A stretch of DNA of 64,000 nucleotides from Candidatus Multivorans sp. Its GTDB lineage: Bacteria > Acidobacteriota > Thermoanaerobaculia > Multivoradales > Multivoraceae. Positions within the stretch are counted from its first letter, which is position 1, and each line of letters starts with the position of its first letter. The notes under the pieces were generated by a model. The model was given only the letters and a program-made list of their open reading frames with translations, did not search any database and had not been told where the DNA came from. The stretch covers positions 2,208,001-2,272,000 of the forward strand of contig OZ251997.1 of NCBI GenBank assembly GCA_965247095.1, read 5' to 3'. This document shows, piece after piece, positions 8,976 to 19,064 of this stretch. Position numbers and translations under genes: made by a program.

Positions 8976-10883
8976 ATGGAAAGTCCCTTCGTATCGATCC
9001 GAGGTGCGCGGAGGAGTCTCGCGGCGTCGTCGCGCACTCTCTCGACGGTTGCATTCCTGCTGGTGGCGGCACTGCCAGCCTCGGCGCAGAAGAACAACGT
9101 CATCCTGTTCGTTGGCGACGGCATGGGGGTGTCGACTGTCACCTCCACTCGCATTGCGACGGTTGGCGTCGACGGGGAGCTGGCTCTTGACCGCATGCCG
9201 TACACCGCCATCTCACGGACCGCGTCGGCCGACTACATCACCCCCGACAGCGCGGCCACGATGTCGGCGATGATGACCGGCGTCAACACGAATTCGGGCG
9301 TGATCGGCTACGGCGCAACCACCGAGTACGGTGACTTCAACGGCAATGGCAACGGCCAGCGATTGACCAACATCGGCGAGTTGGCCACAGCCCGCGGCTA
9401 CGCGGTCGGGATCGTCACGACGACGCGCGTCACCCACGCGACGCCGGCGGCCGTGTTCGCACATGTAAACGACCGCAACCTGGAGAATGAGATCGCCGCG
9501 CAGATGGTGCCGGGCGGAGGGGGCTACAACGACAGACTCGGCCAGGGGCTCCACGTCATCTTCGGAGGCGGCAGGCGGCACTTCCTCCCCACCTCGGCGA
9601 CCGACGAGGAGGGGAGCCCGGGAAGTCGAGCGGACGGCCGCGACCTGCGAAACGAGCTGCAGCAACGGGGTTACACCTACGCCTGGAACCGTCAGGGGCT
9701 CAACGCGCTGGGCGGTTCCGGACGCGCGGTCGGTCTGTTCGCCTCGAGTCATCTGGCGTACGAAGCGGACCGGAACAGCGACCAGCCGAGCCTGGAGGAG
9801 ATGACGAGGAAGGCGATCCAGATTCTGGGCGCAACGGGAAAGCCGTACTTCCTGATGGTCGAGGCGGGCCGAATCGACCACGCACACCACGAAGGGAATG
9901 CCTTTCGCGCCTTCACCGACACCCGGATGTTCGATCGCGCGATCAACGCCGGACAGCGTAGCGTCAATCTCAACAGAACGCTGATCCTCGCGACGGCCGA
10001 CCACAGCCACGTCTTCACGATCGCCGGCTACCCGATGCGACCGCTCACCGATCTGAGCTACAACCCCCGCTCGGTGCCCGCGTCGTTCCGCAACCAGCCA
10101 CACAACGGCATCCTGGGGACGGTCCACGACATGGACAGCGGCGGGACGATCTCGGAGAGCGGAGACTCGGGGGGCATTCCCTACACGATCCTGGGCTACG
10201 CCAACGGGCCGGGACATCGGAGCGGTTCGCGCGTCAATCCGAACAGCGACAGGACGGCCGGCTACGGTGGCGCCGTTCCTTCGAGCAGCAGCGACTCGGC
10301 ATACCGGCAGGAGGCAACCGTCCCGCTGTTCTTAGAGACGCACGCCGGCGAAGACGTGATGATCTACGCGGTCGGCCGCACAGCGGAGAACGTGCGCGGC
10401 ACCGTGCCCAACACGAAGGTGTTCGACTGGATCAGAGACGGCTTCGCCGGGAGGGGCGGTACCCGCCCGCCTCAACCGGACCCGGACCCGGATCCGGACC
10501 CGGATCCGACCCCGGATCCGCCGTCTCAGTCCGAAGTCTGCACGCCGACTACCGCGGCGCTTCAGTTCGACGGCGGTTACGAGGTCAGCATGTGCTACCG
10601 GACCCCCAGCGGGGAGGAGGGTCAGGCCAAGGCCGGCGTCTGGGCATCCAGCCAGTCCGGCATCCTGTGGTTCTTCGACCGCGTCAACGCCGAGGTCCTC
10701 GTCAAGGTACTCGACGGCTGTGCGAACAACGGGCATCGCTGGATCTTCGTGGCGCCGGTGACCACACTGGAGTTCAACCTCTGGGTGACGGGTCCCGACG
10801 ACGGGCCGCCCTGGACGCATACGAACCGGCAGGGCGCAACCGCCGTCACGAAGAGCGACCTGATGGCGTTCCCCTGCCAATAG
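8976..10883 (+). CDS. phoA: Alkaline phosphatase (PhoA family) with Pro-Asp linker and C-terminal 4-Cys domain
   Basis: VGDGMG, DSAAT nucleophile, THATPAA, EAGRIDHAHH, TADHSH, ETHAGEDV; AGGAGG RBS before ATG 8976. Confidence 0.88.
   Translation: MESPFVSIRGARRSLAASSRTLSTVAFLLVAALPASAQKNNVILFVGDGMGVSTVTSTRIATVGVDGELALDRMPYTAISRTASADYITPDSAATMSAMMTGVNTNSGVIGYGATTEYGDFNGNGNGQRLTNIGELATARGYAVGIVTTTRVTHATPAAVFAHVNDRNLENEIAAQMVPGGGGYNDRLGQGLHVIFGGGRRHFLPTSATDEEGSPGSRADGRDLRNELQQRGYTYAWNRQGLNALGGSGRAVGLFASSHLAYEADRNSDQPSLEEMTRKAIQILGATGKPYFLMVEAGRIDHAHHEGNAFRAFTDTRMFDRAINAGQRSVNLNRTLILATADHSHVFTIAGYPMRPLTDLSYNPRSVPASFRNQPHNGILGTVHDMDSGGTISESGDSGGIPYTILGYANGPGHRSGSRVNPNSDRTAGYGGAVPSSSSDSAYRQEATVPLFLETHAGEDVMIYAVGRTAENVRGTVPNTKVFDWIRDGFAGRGGTRPPQPDPDPDPDPDPTPDPPSQSEVCTPTTAALQFDGGYEVSMCYRTPSGEEGQAKAGVWASSQSGILWFFDRVNAEVLVKVLDGCANNGHRWIFVAPVTTLEFNLWVTGPDDGPPWTHTNRQGATAVTKSDLMAFPCQ
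10476..10520 (+). repeat. Hexamer tandem repeat encoding a Pro-Asp linker
   Basis: ccggacccggacccggatccggacccggatccgaccccggatccg. Confidence 0.9.
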
Positions 10884-10932
10884 GAGCTGGGTGCGCCGGT
10901 CTCTGGTCGTTCCGCCGCGCCGCGAGCAACGC

Positions 10933-13900
10933 CTACATGCTGCGGCGGTATTCGCCGCCAACCCGATACAGCGCGTCCGAGATCTGACCGAGCGAGCAGT
11001 GCTTCACCGACTCCATCAGCTCCTCGAACACGTTGCCGCGCCGCCGCGCCACCTCCTGTAGTTGCGCCAGGGAGGCATCGGAGTTCTCGCCGTGGCTGCG
11101 GTGGAAGGCGGCCAGGCTGTCGATCTGCTGCTGCTTCTCGTCGTCCGTCGAGCGGATGAGTTCCGCCTCGACGGTCTCCGCGAACTCCTGGCCCTCAGCC
11201 AGGAACGTGTTGACGCCGACCACCGGCAGGCTGCCGTCGTGCTTCTTCGCCTCGTACTCCATGCTCTCGTCCTGGATCTTCGAGCGCTGGTACATCGTGT
11301 CCATCGCCGCCAGCACGCCGCCGCGCTCGGCCAGGCGATCGAACTCCAGATAGACCGCCTCTTCGACCGCGTCGGTGAGCTGATCGAACGCGAAGGACCC
11401 CTGCCAGGGATTCTCGCTCCGGTTGAGCCCGAACTCCCGGTTGATGATCATCTGGATCGCCAGCGCCCGGCGCACCGACTGCTCGGTGGGCGTCGTGATC
11501 GCCTCGTCGAACGCGTTCGTGTGCAGGGAGTTGCAACGGTCGAGGATGCCGTAGAGCGCCTGCAGCGTGGTGCGGATGTCGTTGAACTGGATCTCCTGCG
11601 CGTGCAACGAGCGGCCTGAGGTCTGGATGTGGTACTTCAGCATCTGGCTGCGGGCCGAGGCGCCGTAGCGTTCGCGCATCGCCCGCGCCCAGATGCGGCG
11701 GGCCACCCGGCCGATCACCGCGTACTCGGGGTCCATGCCGTTCGAGAAGAAGAACGAGAGGTTGGGCGCGAAGTCGTCGATCTCCATGCCCCGAGCCAGG
11801 TAGTACTCGACGATCGTGAAGCCGTTGGCGAGCGTGAACGCCAACTGGGTGATCGGGTTCGCGCCGGCCTCGGCGATGTGGTACCCGCTGACCGAGGCGC
11901 TGTAGTAGTTGCGGACGTTGTGGTCGATGAAGTACTGCTGGACATCGCCCATCATCCGCAGCGAGAACTCGGTCGAGAAGATGCAGGTGTTCTGCGCCTG
12001 GTCCTCCTTGAGGATGTCGGCCTGGACGGTGCCCCGGACCCGGCTCAGAGCCGCCGACCGGATCCGCTCGTAGACCTCGCGCTCGACCACCTCGTCGCCC
12101 GAGATGCCGAGGAGCGCCAGCCCCACGCCGTCACTGCCTTCCGGCAGTTCGCCCCGATAGACCGGAACGTCGCCTTCGTGGCGGCGGTCGATCTCGGCGC
12201 GCGCGCGCTCGAGCCCGACCGTCTCCCGCAGGTGACGCTCCACCTGCTGGTCGATCGCGGCGTTCATGAAGAAGGCGAGGATGGTCGGCGCCGGGCCGTT
12301 GATCGTCATCGACACCGAGGTCGCCGGATCGCACAGGTCGAAACCCGAGTACAGCCGCTTGATGTCGTCGACGGTGGCGATCGAAACCCCCGAGTTGCCG
12401 ACCTTGCCCCAGATGTCGGGCCGGACCCCCGGGTCCGAGCCGTAGAGCGTGACCGAGTCGAACGCGGTCGACAGCCGGTTGGCCGGCTGCCCGCGCGACA
12501 CGTAGTGGAAGCGGCGGTTCGTGCGTTCCGCGATCCCCTCGCCCGCGAACATCCGCGTCGGTTCCTCAGAGCGGCGCCGGTACGGATAGACGCCGGCGGT
12601 GTACGGATAGGCGCCCGGCAGGTTGTGCTTCGAGAGGAAGCGCAGCAGGTCGCCCCAGTCCGAGTACTCGGGCAGCGCCAGCTTCGGCATCCGCAGATGA
12701 CTCAGGGTCGTGACGTAGTTGTCGCCGGTGACCTCGCGCCCGCGGACGGGGTAGCTGTAGCGTTCCGAGCGGGCAGCCGCCGCACGTTCGGGCCACTGTC
12801 GCAGGAGTTCGGCGGCCTCGCCGCCGACTCCCCCGAGAGCGTCCTGGTAGCGCCGGCGCAGGCGCAGGACGCTCTCGTCGGGCGCCGTCTCGAGCGCTCC
12901 GTCGGCAAACGCCGCGAGCGGTTCGGGAAGCTCCGGATCGTCCAGTTCGGCCAACGCCCGGTAGCAGCTCTGTGCTCTCTGGGCGGCCGCCGATCGGCGC
13001 TCGATATCCGCTTCCGCCCCACGCGCGGCCTCCGCGATCTCCGCCAGGTAGCGGCTGCGGTTGTCGGGGATCAGGACGGCAGCACGCGGCTCGCGCTCGT
13101 CCAGGTCGATCTCCGGCGTCCAGGCCGCCTCGTCCAGGTCGAGCCGCTCCCGCAACTGCCGGCAGACGTTCCAGAACATCCAGTTGACGCCGGGATCCTG
13201 GAACTGGCTGGCGATCGTCGGGTAGACGGGCACGTCCTCGTCGGCGGTCTGGAAAGCCAGCCGGTTGCGGCGCCACTGCTTGCGCACGTCGCGGAGTGCG
13301 TCCTGGGCGCCCCGGCGATCGAACTTGTTCAGCACGATGACATCGGCGAAGTCGAGCATGTCGATCTTCTCGAGCTGACTGGCCGCCCCGTAGTCCGAGG
13401 TCATCACGTAGACCGACAGGTCGACCAGATCGACGATCTCACTGTCGCTCTGACCGATGCCCGCGGTCTCGACCAGGACCAGGGAAAACCCGGAGGCCTT
13501 GAGCAGAGCGATCGCGTCGCCCAGCACCTCGCTGGTGGCGAGATGCTGCCGGCGCGTCGCCATCGAGCGCATGAACACCCGGTCGCTGCGCAGGCTGTTC
13601 ATGCGAATGCGGTCGCCGAGCAGGGCGCCGCCGGTGCGCCGCCGCGTCGGGTCCACCGCGAGGACGGCGATCCGCATCCCGTCTCCGGTTGACGGGAAGC
13701 ACTCCACGAAGCGGTTCAGCAGCTCGTCGGCGACGCTGCTCTTGCCCGAGCCGCCGGTGCCGGTGAGCCCCACCACCGGTACCCCGGCGCCGGCGAGTTG
13801 CCACTCCTTGCGCAGCCGTCGCAGCTCGGACTCGTCCACCGCGCCGCGCTCGGTCGCCGACAGCAGCCGGGACAGGTCGCCGTCGCCGCCGGGGTCCGAG

Positions 13901-14397
13901 GCCACCCGCACGCGGAACCGCGGCTCGGGCGCGGCCCGGCGCTTCGCATGCGCCCGCTCGACGACATCGTCGATCATCGCCGGCAGGCCCATCCTCAACC
14001 CGTCGTCCGGGTGGTAGATGCGCTCGACGCCGTAGGCCTGCAGCTCCGCGATTTCCCCGGGCGTGATCGTGCCGCCGCCGCCGCCGAAGACCAGCACGTG
14101 ACCGGCGCCCTCCTCCGCCAGACGATCGATCATGTAGCGGAAGAACTCCATGTGGCCGCCCTGGTACGAGCTGATGGCGATCGCGTCGGCGTCTTCCTGC
14201 ACGGCCGCGCGCACGATTTCGTCGACGCCGCGGTTGTGGCCCAGGTGAATGACCTCGGCGCCACGGTCCTGGATCATCCGCCGCATGATGTGGATCGCCG
14301 CGTCGTGACCGTCGAACAGCGACGCCGCGGTCACGAAGCGCAGCGGACTCGCATCCCGGTCGGGACGAAGACTGCGCCTTGGTTCGGGTGTGGTCAT
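10933..14397 (-). CDS. icmF: Fused isobutyryl-CoA mutase/MeaB-like GTPase (IcmF)
   Basis: N-terminal B12-binding FDGHDAAI, GTGGSGKSS P-loop with VDPT/LLGDRIR/ETAGIGQ, C-terminal mutase with RMFAGEG, QADILKEDQAQ, HIQTSGRSLHAQE. Confidence 0.95.
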   Translation of the reverse strand: MTTPEPRRSLRPDRDASPLRFVTAASLFDGHDAAIHIMRRMIQDRGAEVIHLGHNRGVDEIVRAAVQEDADAIAISSYQGGHMEFFRYMIDRLAEEGAGHVLVFGGGGGTITPGEIAELQAYGVERIYHPDDGLRMGLPAMIDDVVERAHAKRRAAPEPRFRVRVASDPGGDGDLSRLLSATERGAVDESELRRLRKEWQLAGAGVPVVGLTGTGGSGKSSVADELLNRFVECFPSTGDGMRIAVLAVDPTRRRTGGALLGDRIRMNSLRSDRVFMRSMATRRQHLATSEVLGDAIALLKASGFSLVLVETAGIGQSDSEIVDLVDLSVYVMTSDYGAASQLEKIDMLDFADVIVLNKFDRRGAQDALRDVRKQWRRNRLAFQTADEDVPVYPTIASQFQDPGVNWMFWNVCRQLRERLDLDEAAWTPEIDLDEREPRAAVLIPDNRSRYLAEIAEAARGAEADIERRSAAAQRAQSCYRALAELDDPELPEPLAAFADGALETAPDESVLRLRRRYQDALGGVGGEAAELLRQWPERAAAARSERYSYPVRGREVTGDNYVTTLSHLRMPKLALPEYSDWGDLLRFLSKHNLPGAYPYTAGVYPYRRRSEEPTRMFAGEGIAERTNRRFHYVSRGQPANRLSTAFDSVTLYGSDPGVRPDIWGKVGNSGVSIATVDDIKRLYSGFDLCDPATSVSMTINGPAPTILAFFMNAAIDQQVERHLRETVGLERARAEIDRRHEGDVPVYRGELPEGSDGVGLALLGISGDEVVEREVYERIRSAALSRVRGTVQADILKEDQAQNTCIFSTEFSLRMMGDVQQYFIDHNVRNYYSASVSGYHIAEAGANPITQLAFTLANGFTIVEYYLARGMEIDDFAPNLSFFFSNGMDPEYAVIGRVARRIWARAMRERYGASARSQMLKYHIQTSGRSLHAQEIQFNDIRTTLQALYGILDRCNSLHTNAFDEAITTPTEQSVRRALAIQMIINREFGLNRSENPWQGSFAFDQLTDAVEEAVYLEFDRLAERGGVLAAMDTMYQRSKIQDESMEYEAKKHDGSLPVVGVNTFLAEGQEFAETVEAELIRSTDDEKQQQIDSLAAFHRSHGENSDASLAQLQEVARRRGNVFEELMESVKHCSLGQISDALYRVGGEYRRSM

Positions 14398-14460
14398 GCT
14401 ACGGTGCGCTCGCCAAAAACGCCTGCTGGAAGTCTATCGCCGCCGGGAAGGACGTCACCC

Positions 14461-15105
14461 TTGAACGTTTCGCATGCCCTTTCCACCCTGGCCAGCCTGG
14501 CTGGCCTCCTCCTGGCGGTATCGCCTGCCGCGTCGCAGCAAGAGGCGGCCTCGAATCCGGACGACTCCAGCGCGGCGGTCCGGGAACGAGCCGAGGCCTC
14601 AGCCGCGGCCCGGCGGGAACAACTGCGCCGCTTCCGCTACGGCAACCTCGCCGAGATCGAGTTGAGCGGCAAGAAGGTGAAGGTCTCTTACGCCGATCTG
14701 GCGACGGACAGCGACGACTACCGCGCCTTCGAGGCTCTGCAGGCCGGCGAGGTCTCCGCCTGGCAGAGCGCCAAGGCGATCAAGCTCATCGCCCATGTCT
14801 CGCTCTCATTCCGCGACGTCACCGTGCCCTACGGCAATCACTCCCCGGACTACCCCGGCGTCTACAGCCTGTGGCCCAAGCGCACCGCGGACGGCTGGCG
14901 CCTGGTCTTCAACTCCGAGGGCGACATCTGGGGCACCCAACGCGACCCGGCCGCGGACGCGGCGGAAGTGCCTCTCGAGCATTCCCGGGCCGACGAACCC
15001 ACCGAGAAGCTGACGGTCGAATTCCTGGAGGTCTCGCCCGGCGCAGTTCTTCGTATCGCCTGGGGCGACCACCAGTTCCTGGCGGCGCTCGAAGCGGCGC
15101 CGTAG
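14461..15105 (+). CDS. Secreted DUF2911-like protein
   Basis: Signal LASLAGLLLAVSPAASQ; PGVYSLW..WRLVFN..WGTQRDP..LRIAWGD pattern; TTG start inferred. Confidence 0.65.
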   Translation: MNVSHALSTLASLAGLLLAVSPAASQQEAASNPDDSSAAVRERAEASAAARREQLRRFRYGNLAEIELSGKKVKVSYADLATDSDDYRAFEALQAGEVSAWQSAKAIKLIAHVSLSFRDVTVPYGNHSPDYPGVYSLWPKRTADGWRLVFNSEGDIWGTQRDPAADAAEVPLEHSRADEPTEKLTVEFLEVSPGAVLRIAWGDHQFLAALEAAP

Positions 15106-15114
15106 CCGGAGCTG

Positions 15115-16443
15115 CTACGCCTTCGTGATTCCCGGCACCGCGACCGCGTAGCGGCCGTTCTCGTCCGGCACCGTCGGCGGGGCAGCGTCCCAGGCGTAGG
15201 TCGCCGGCGCCAGTGACACGTCCGACCCGATCGCTTCCTTCCAGGTGATCTTCTTGCCGGTGTAGGTCGCCATGCGGCCCATGACCGAGGTCATCGTCGC
15301 GATCGCGCCCCGCTTCGCTTCGTTGAACGGCTTGTCCTCGCGGATCGCCTCGAACAGGCGGTCGTGCTCGACCTGGTAGGGGTTCTTCTCGTCCTCCGGC
15401 TCCCGGTGATTCCACCCGCCCGGCGCTTCGATCAGCCCCGAAGCCAGGCTCGCCTTGCCCTTGCTGCCGTGGGCGTACTCAGCGACCTCGTCCCAGCAGT
15501 TCTGGATGTGCCGGCACTGGCTCAGCATCACCGCGCCGTCGTCGTAGGTGTACTCGACGAAGTGGTGATCGAAGATCTCGCCGTGGTCCGGACCGTTGCG
15601 CCACTGGCGTCCGCCCTGACCCTGGGCCTCGACCGGATGTCCGCCCTTGACCCAGTTGCCGACGTCGATGTTGTGGATGTGCTGCTCGACGATGTGGTCG
15701 CCGCAGAGCCAGTTGAAGTAGTACCAGTTGCGCATCTGGTACTCCATCTCGGTCTGCTCCGGCTTGCGCGCCCGCACCCAGACGCCCGAGCCGTTCCAAT
15801 AGACGCGCAGCGCCACGACATCGCCGATCGCGCCGTCGTGAATGCGCCGAATCGTCTCGTTGTACATCGCGCTGTGATGGCGCTGCAGGCCGACGCCGAC
15901 CTTGAGGCCGGCCTCCTTGGACGCCTTGGCGGCCTTGAGCACGCGTCGCACACCCGGCGCGTCGACCGCCACCGGCTTCTCCATGAACACATGCTTGCCC
16001 TGCTCGACCGCGTACTCGAAGTGCTCGGGCCTGAAACCCGGCGGGGTCGCCAGGATGACGACATCGACGCCGGAGTCGATGACCTTCCGGTAGGCGTCGA
16101 AGCCGGCGTAGCGGTTCTCGGCCGGCACCTGGAGGCGCTTGCCGTTCTCCAACGAACCGCCCTCACCAAGTTCGGCCAGGTGCCCGTAGCAGGTATCCAC
16201 CCGGTCCTCGAACGCATCGGCCATCGCCACGAGTTCAACCGGACCCGTAGTCGAAAGAGCCTGCGCCGCGGCGCCCGTGCCGCGACCGCCGCAACCGATC
16301 ACGCCGATCCGAAGCGTCGCGTCACCGCGTGCCCGCCCCACGTCCGATGTCGTGTTCGCTGCCGCGGTGGCGCCGCCGACTCCGCCGGCAAGCAGGGCCG
16401 CCGAAGCCCCCGTGATGAAACTGCGCCTGGAGGTTCCGTCCAT
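15115..16443 (-). CDS. Tat-exported Gfo/Idh/MocA oxidoreductase
   Basis: SRRSFI twin-arginine, GCGGRG, HVFMEKPVA, EQHIHNID. Confidence 0.9.
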   Translation of the reverse strand: MDGTSRRSFITGASAALLAGGVGGATAAANTTSDVGRARGDATLRIGVIGCGGRGTGAAAQALSTTGPVELVAMADAFEDRVDTCYGHLAELGEGGSLENGKRLQVPAENRYAGFDAYRKVIDSGVDVVILATPPGFRPEHFEYAVEQGKHVFMEKPVAVDAPGVRRVLKAAKASKEAGLKVGVGLQRHHSAMYNETIRRIHDGAIGDVVALRVYWNGSGVWVRARKPEQTEMEYQMRNWYYFNWLCGDHIVEQHIHNIDVGNWVKGGHPVEAQGQGGRQWRNGPDHGEIFDHHFVEYTYDDGAVMLSQCRHIQNCWDEVAEYAHGSKGKASLASGLIEAPGGWNHREPEDEKNPYQVEHDRLFEAIREDKPFNEAKRGAIATMTSVMGRMATYTGKKITWKEAIGSDVSLAPATYAWDAAPPTVPDENGRYAVAVPGITKA

Positions 16444-16550
16444 GGTATCTCCCCGCACCCTGCCGGGTGCCGTCGTCGCCGATCCGCATCGGTCGAGCCC
16501 TGTTTCCTGATCGCAATACTCTAGCGGAGCCTCCGCTACCATCCGCCGCC

Positions 16551-16829
16551 ATGAACGACCTCGAAACGCTCCGCTTCGAACTGGCCGACAACGTCGCCCG
16601 GGTGACCTTCAACCGGCCCGACGCCGGCGCCGGGTTCTCGGTCGCCTCCGGCCCGACCTGGGCGTTCGGCGCCGCGAAGGAACTCGTCATGCGCTCGTTC
16701 TCTGAAGACCTCGAGTCGCAGATGGAGTTCGAGTCGCAGGCCATCGCCGACTCGGCCCGAACCGAGGACGCCGCGGAGGGCATCGCGGCCTTCTTCGAGA
16801 AACGCCGGGCAACCTTCCGTGGCCGCTGA
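16551..16829 (+). pseudogene. Enoyl-CoA hydratase/isomerase remnant with large in-frame internal deletion
   Basis: N-terminal crotonase start VARVTFNRPD joined almost directly to C-terminal GPTWAFGAAKEL..EDAAEGIAAFFEKRRATFRGR; only 92 aa, catalytic core missing. Confidence 0.8.
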
Positions 16830-17931
16830 GGCCGTTCCGGTGCTGAAGGGGCTCCCGATCCTGGTCGCGCTGGTCGTCGCCGCGGTCCAGGAACCGGGCG
16901 CCGGGCGGTATCCGGACATGCCGCCGGGCCGGCCGCCGGCTGTCGATGCGCCGGCCGCCGTCGCGGCGACGCAGGCCGACATGCAGCCCTACCGGGAGCG
17001 GATCGTCGGTACCGGCGCCGACGGCGGCGAAATGAAGCTCGACATGGCGCCGGCGCCGGGCGGCGAGTTCCGGCTCGGGAGCCCGGAAAGCGAGCCCGGG
17101 CGTGGCGAGCTGGAGTCCCCGAGGCGCCGGGTGCGGGTCGGTCCCTTCTGGATGGCGACTCACGAGACGACCTGGGACCTCTACCGCGTGTTCATGTTCG
17201 ACACCGACCGCGGCGGCGACGAACCCGCAGCCGCCTGGGCCGACGCGGTGAGCAGACCCACACCGCCCTACCGGCCGATGGACTTCGGCATGGGCGTCGA
17301 CGGGTTTCCGGCGATCTCGATGACCCAGTTCGCGGCCCGGCAGTTCACGAAGTGGCTGTCGATGAAAACCGGCCGCTTCTACCGGCTGCCGACCGAGGCC
17401 GAGTGGGAGTACGCCTGCCGCGCCGGCAGCGACACCGCGTGGTCGTTCGGCGACGACGAAGCGGAGATGGACCGCTTCGCCTGGCATGCCGGCAACAGCG
17501 ACCGCCGCTACAGGAAGGTCGCGCAGCTCGAACCGAACGCCTGGGGCCTCTTCGACCTGCACGGCAATGTGGCCGAATGGACCCTCGACGCCTACGCGGA
17601 CTACGCCGCACGGGGCGAGGGCGAGATCCTGACCGACCCGATCGCCTGGCCGGTCAAGGAGTTTCCTCGCAGCGTCCGCGGCGGCTCGTGGCAAGACCAG
17701 CCGGCCGCGCTTCGCTGTGCCGCCCGCCGCGGCTCCCAGCTCTCCTGGAAGCGGATGGACCCCCAGATCCCGCAAAGCGTCTGGTACCACACGAACGCCC
17801 GCTTCCTCGGCTTCCGCGTGGTGCGGCCGCTGACCGAACCCCCCGTGGAGGAGCAGGCGAAGTACTGGGCGCCGGACCTGGACTCCGTGCGCCGGATCGT
17901 CGACCGCCAGAGGCGCGGCGAGCGCGACTGA
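16819..17931 (+). CDS. FGE-sulfatase (SUMF1) domain protein, probably non-catalytic
   Basis: FRLGSP, RLPTEAEWEYACRAG, PNAWGLFDLHGNVAEW, RGGSW, GFRVVR; lacks CxxxxC after RGGS. Confidence 0.85.
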   Translation: MAAEAVPVLKGLPILVALVVAAVQEPGAGRYPDMPPGRPPAVDAPAAVAATQADMQPYRERIVGTGADGGEMKLDMAPAPGGEFRLGSPESEPGRGELESPRRRVRVGPFWMATHETTWDLYRVFMFDTDRGGDEPAAAWADAVSRPTPPYRPMDFGMGVDGFPAISMTQFAARQFTKWLSMKTGRFYRLPTEAEWEYACRAGSDTAWSFGDDEAEMDRFAWHAGNSDRRYRKVAQLEPNAWGLFDLHGNVAEWTLDAYADYAARGEGEILTDPIAWPVKEFPRSVRGGSWQDQPAALRCAARRGSQLSWKRMDPQIPQSVWYHTNARFLGFRVVRPLTEPPVEEQAKYWAPDLDSVRRIVDRQRRGERD

Positions 17932-17936
17932 ATTCG

Positions 17937-19064
17937 CTACTCGGGAACCTCGACCGCGAGCCGCAGCGTCGGGTGCGTCTCAGGCGCCACGATGGCGTTC
18001 AACACGGCGAAGGACAACTCGAAGTCCGAAGGGTTCTCCCCGGTCACACTGAGCTCCACCGTTCCGTGCGGCGGCACGTTGATTGTGGCGCCATGATCGT
18101 AGAAGCGCTGCGGGCCAACGCTCAGGAGATCGAACGACGCGTCGGAACGGTTCGCCAGCGTCACCGTCAGCACGCTGCCTTCCCGATACCTGACGTTCGA
18201 TACCTTCAGGGACGCTTCCAGCAGGGGCACGACGACATCCTCCCGTCCGATCAGCTCGTTGTCCTTCCATGCAGCCGTGCGGTTCGCATGCAGCGCCTCC
18301 CGGATCGACTCCGCCGTCCGCTCCTCGGCCAGCACCACGGTCGCCGTTCTGTGCCCGCCGCCGTGGACGTCGTAGTCCCAGTCGATCAGGCCGTGGACGT
18401 CACTCACGCCGAGAATGGCGAGGTCGTAGTCGAGGGCAATCTGGAACGCTTCGGCCGAGTAGGTGTGTTCGTTCGCGACCTCGATCCCGTGCAGCAGTCC
18501 GTCCGCGATCAACCGGCGGTGCATGTCCGTGAGCCTGGCCACTCCGTCCGACCTCTGAGGAATCCAGTTGGGGTGGTTCCAGAACACGAAGGCGTCCTGC
18601 CGGTTCGCCTCCTCGAACACTTCCATCACGTCGGCCTTGAGCAGCGCGTTCGCGTCGCTCAGGAAAACCGCGTTGACGTGGCCGGGCGGCATCTCCCGGG
18701 AGATCTCCGCGCCGTTGACCACGATCACCTCGGGAGCATTCTCGCCCGAGTACTCGGCCGCGACCGCGAACGAGCGATTGCGGTCAGGGTTCGGCACATC
18801 CGCGGCGCGGGGCTGGTGCTCCAGGTGTTCGGTCACGGCGAGCAGGGCGAGACCGTCCCGATCAGACTCCTGGACCCGGATGACGGGCCACACCGAACCG
18901 TCCGAGAACACGGAATGCGTGTGCAGGTCGACGGCGAGCGTGCGGTAGCCGCCCACATCCGGAAACTCGATGGCGCGCCTCTGAGCACCGGCCGGCGTCG
19001 CCGGCGTCACCGCCACCAGGGACAGGGCCAGCGCGACACCAGCCCCGCTCACCCGTTCGTTCAT
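17937..19064 (-). CDS. Secreted PHP-domain phosphodiesterase-like protein, paralog 1
   Basis: DLHTHSVFSDG, TEH, WNHP, IEVAN, SDVHG; ATGA overlap with upstream paralog. Confidence 0.85.
   Translation of the reverse strand: MNERVSGAGVALALSLVAVTPATPAGAQRRAIEFPDVGGYRTLAVDLHTHSVFSDGSVWPVIRVQESDRDGLALLAVTEHLEHQPRAADVPNPDRNRSFAVAAEYSGENAPEVIVVNGAEISREMPPGHVNAVFLSDANALLKADVMEVFEEANRQDAFVFWNHPNWIPQRSDGVARLTDMHRRLIADGLLHGIEVANEHTYSAEAFQIALDYDLAILGVSDVHGLIDWDYDVHGGGHRTATVVLAEERTAESIREALHANRTAAWKDNELIGREDVVVPLLEASLKVSNVRYREGSVLTVTLANRSDASFDLLSVGPQRFYDHGATINVPPHGTVELSVTGENPSDFELSFAVLNAIVAPETHPTLRLAVEVPE

Noticed and set aside
4841-10520. Hexamer repeats as CRISPR or contingency loci
   Set aside because: In-frame Pro-Asp linkers with no spacers and no cas genes; unit changes would not shift frame
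11629-13692. Long antisense or alternate-frame ORFs (also 200..1459, 2352..4157, 17352..19538, 52985..55354, 59492..61957, 61936..63993)
   Set aside because: Shadow frames of well-supported genes, expected in high-GC DNA; no recognisable motifs
14398-14460. Cobalamin riboswitch upstream of icmF
   Set aside because: The divergent intergenic gap is only about 60 nt and shows no convincing B12-box architecture
16819-17931. Active formylglycine-generating enzyme for the nearby sulfatases
   Set aside because: Lacks the catalytic CxxxxC pair after RGGS
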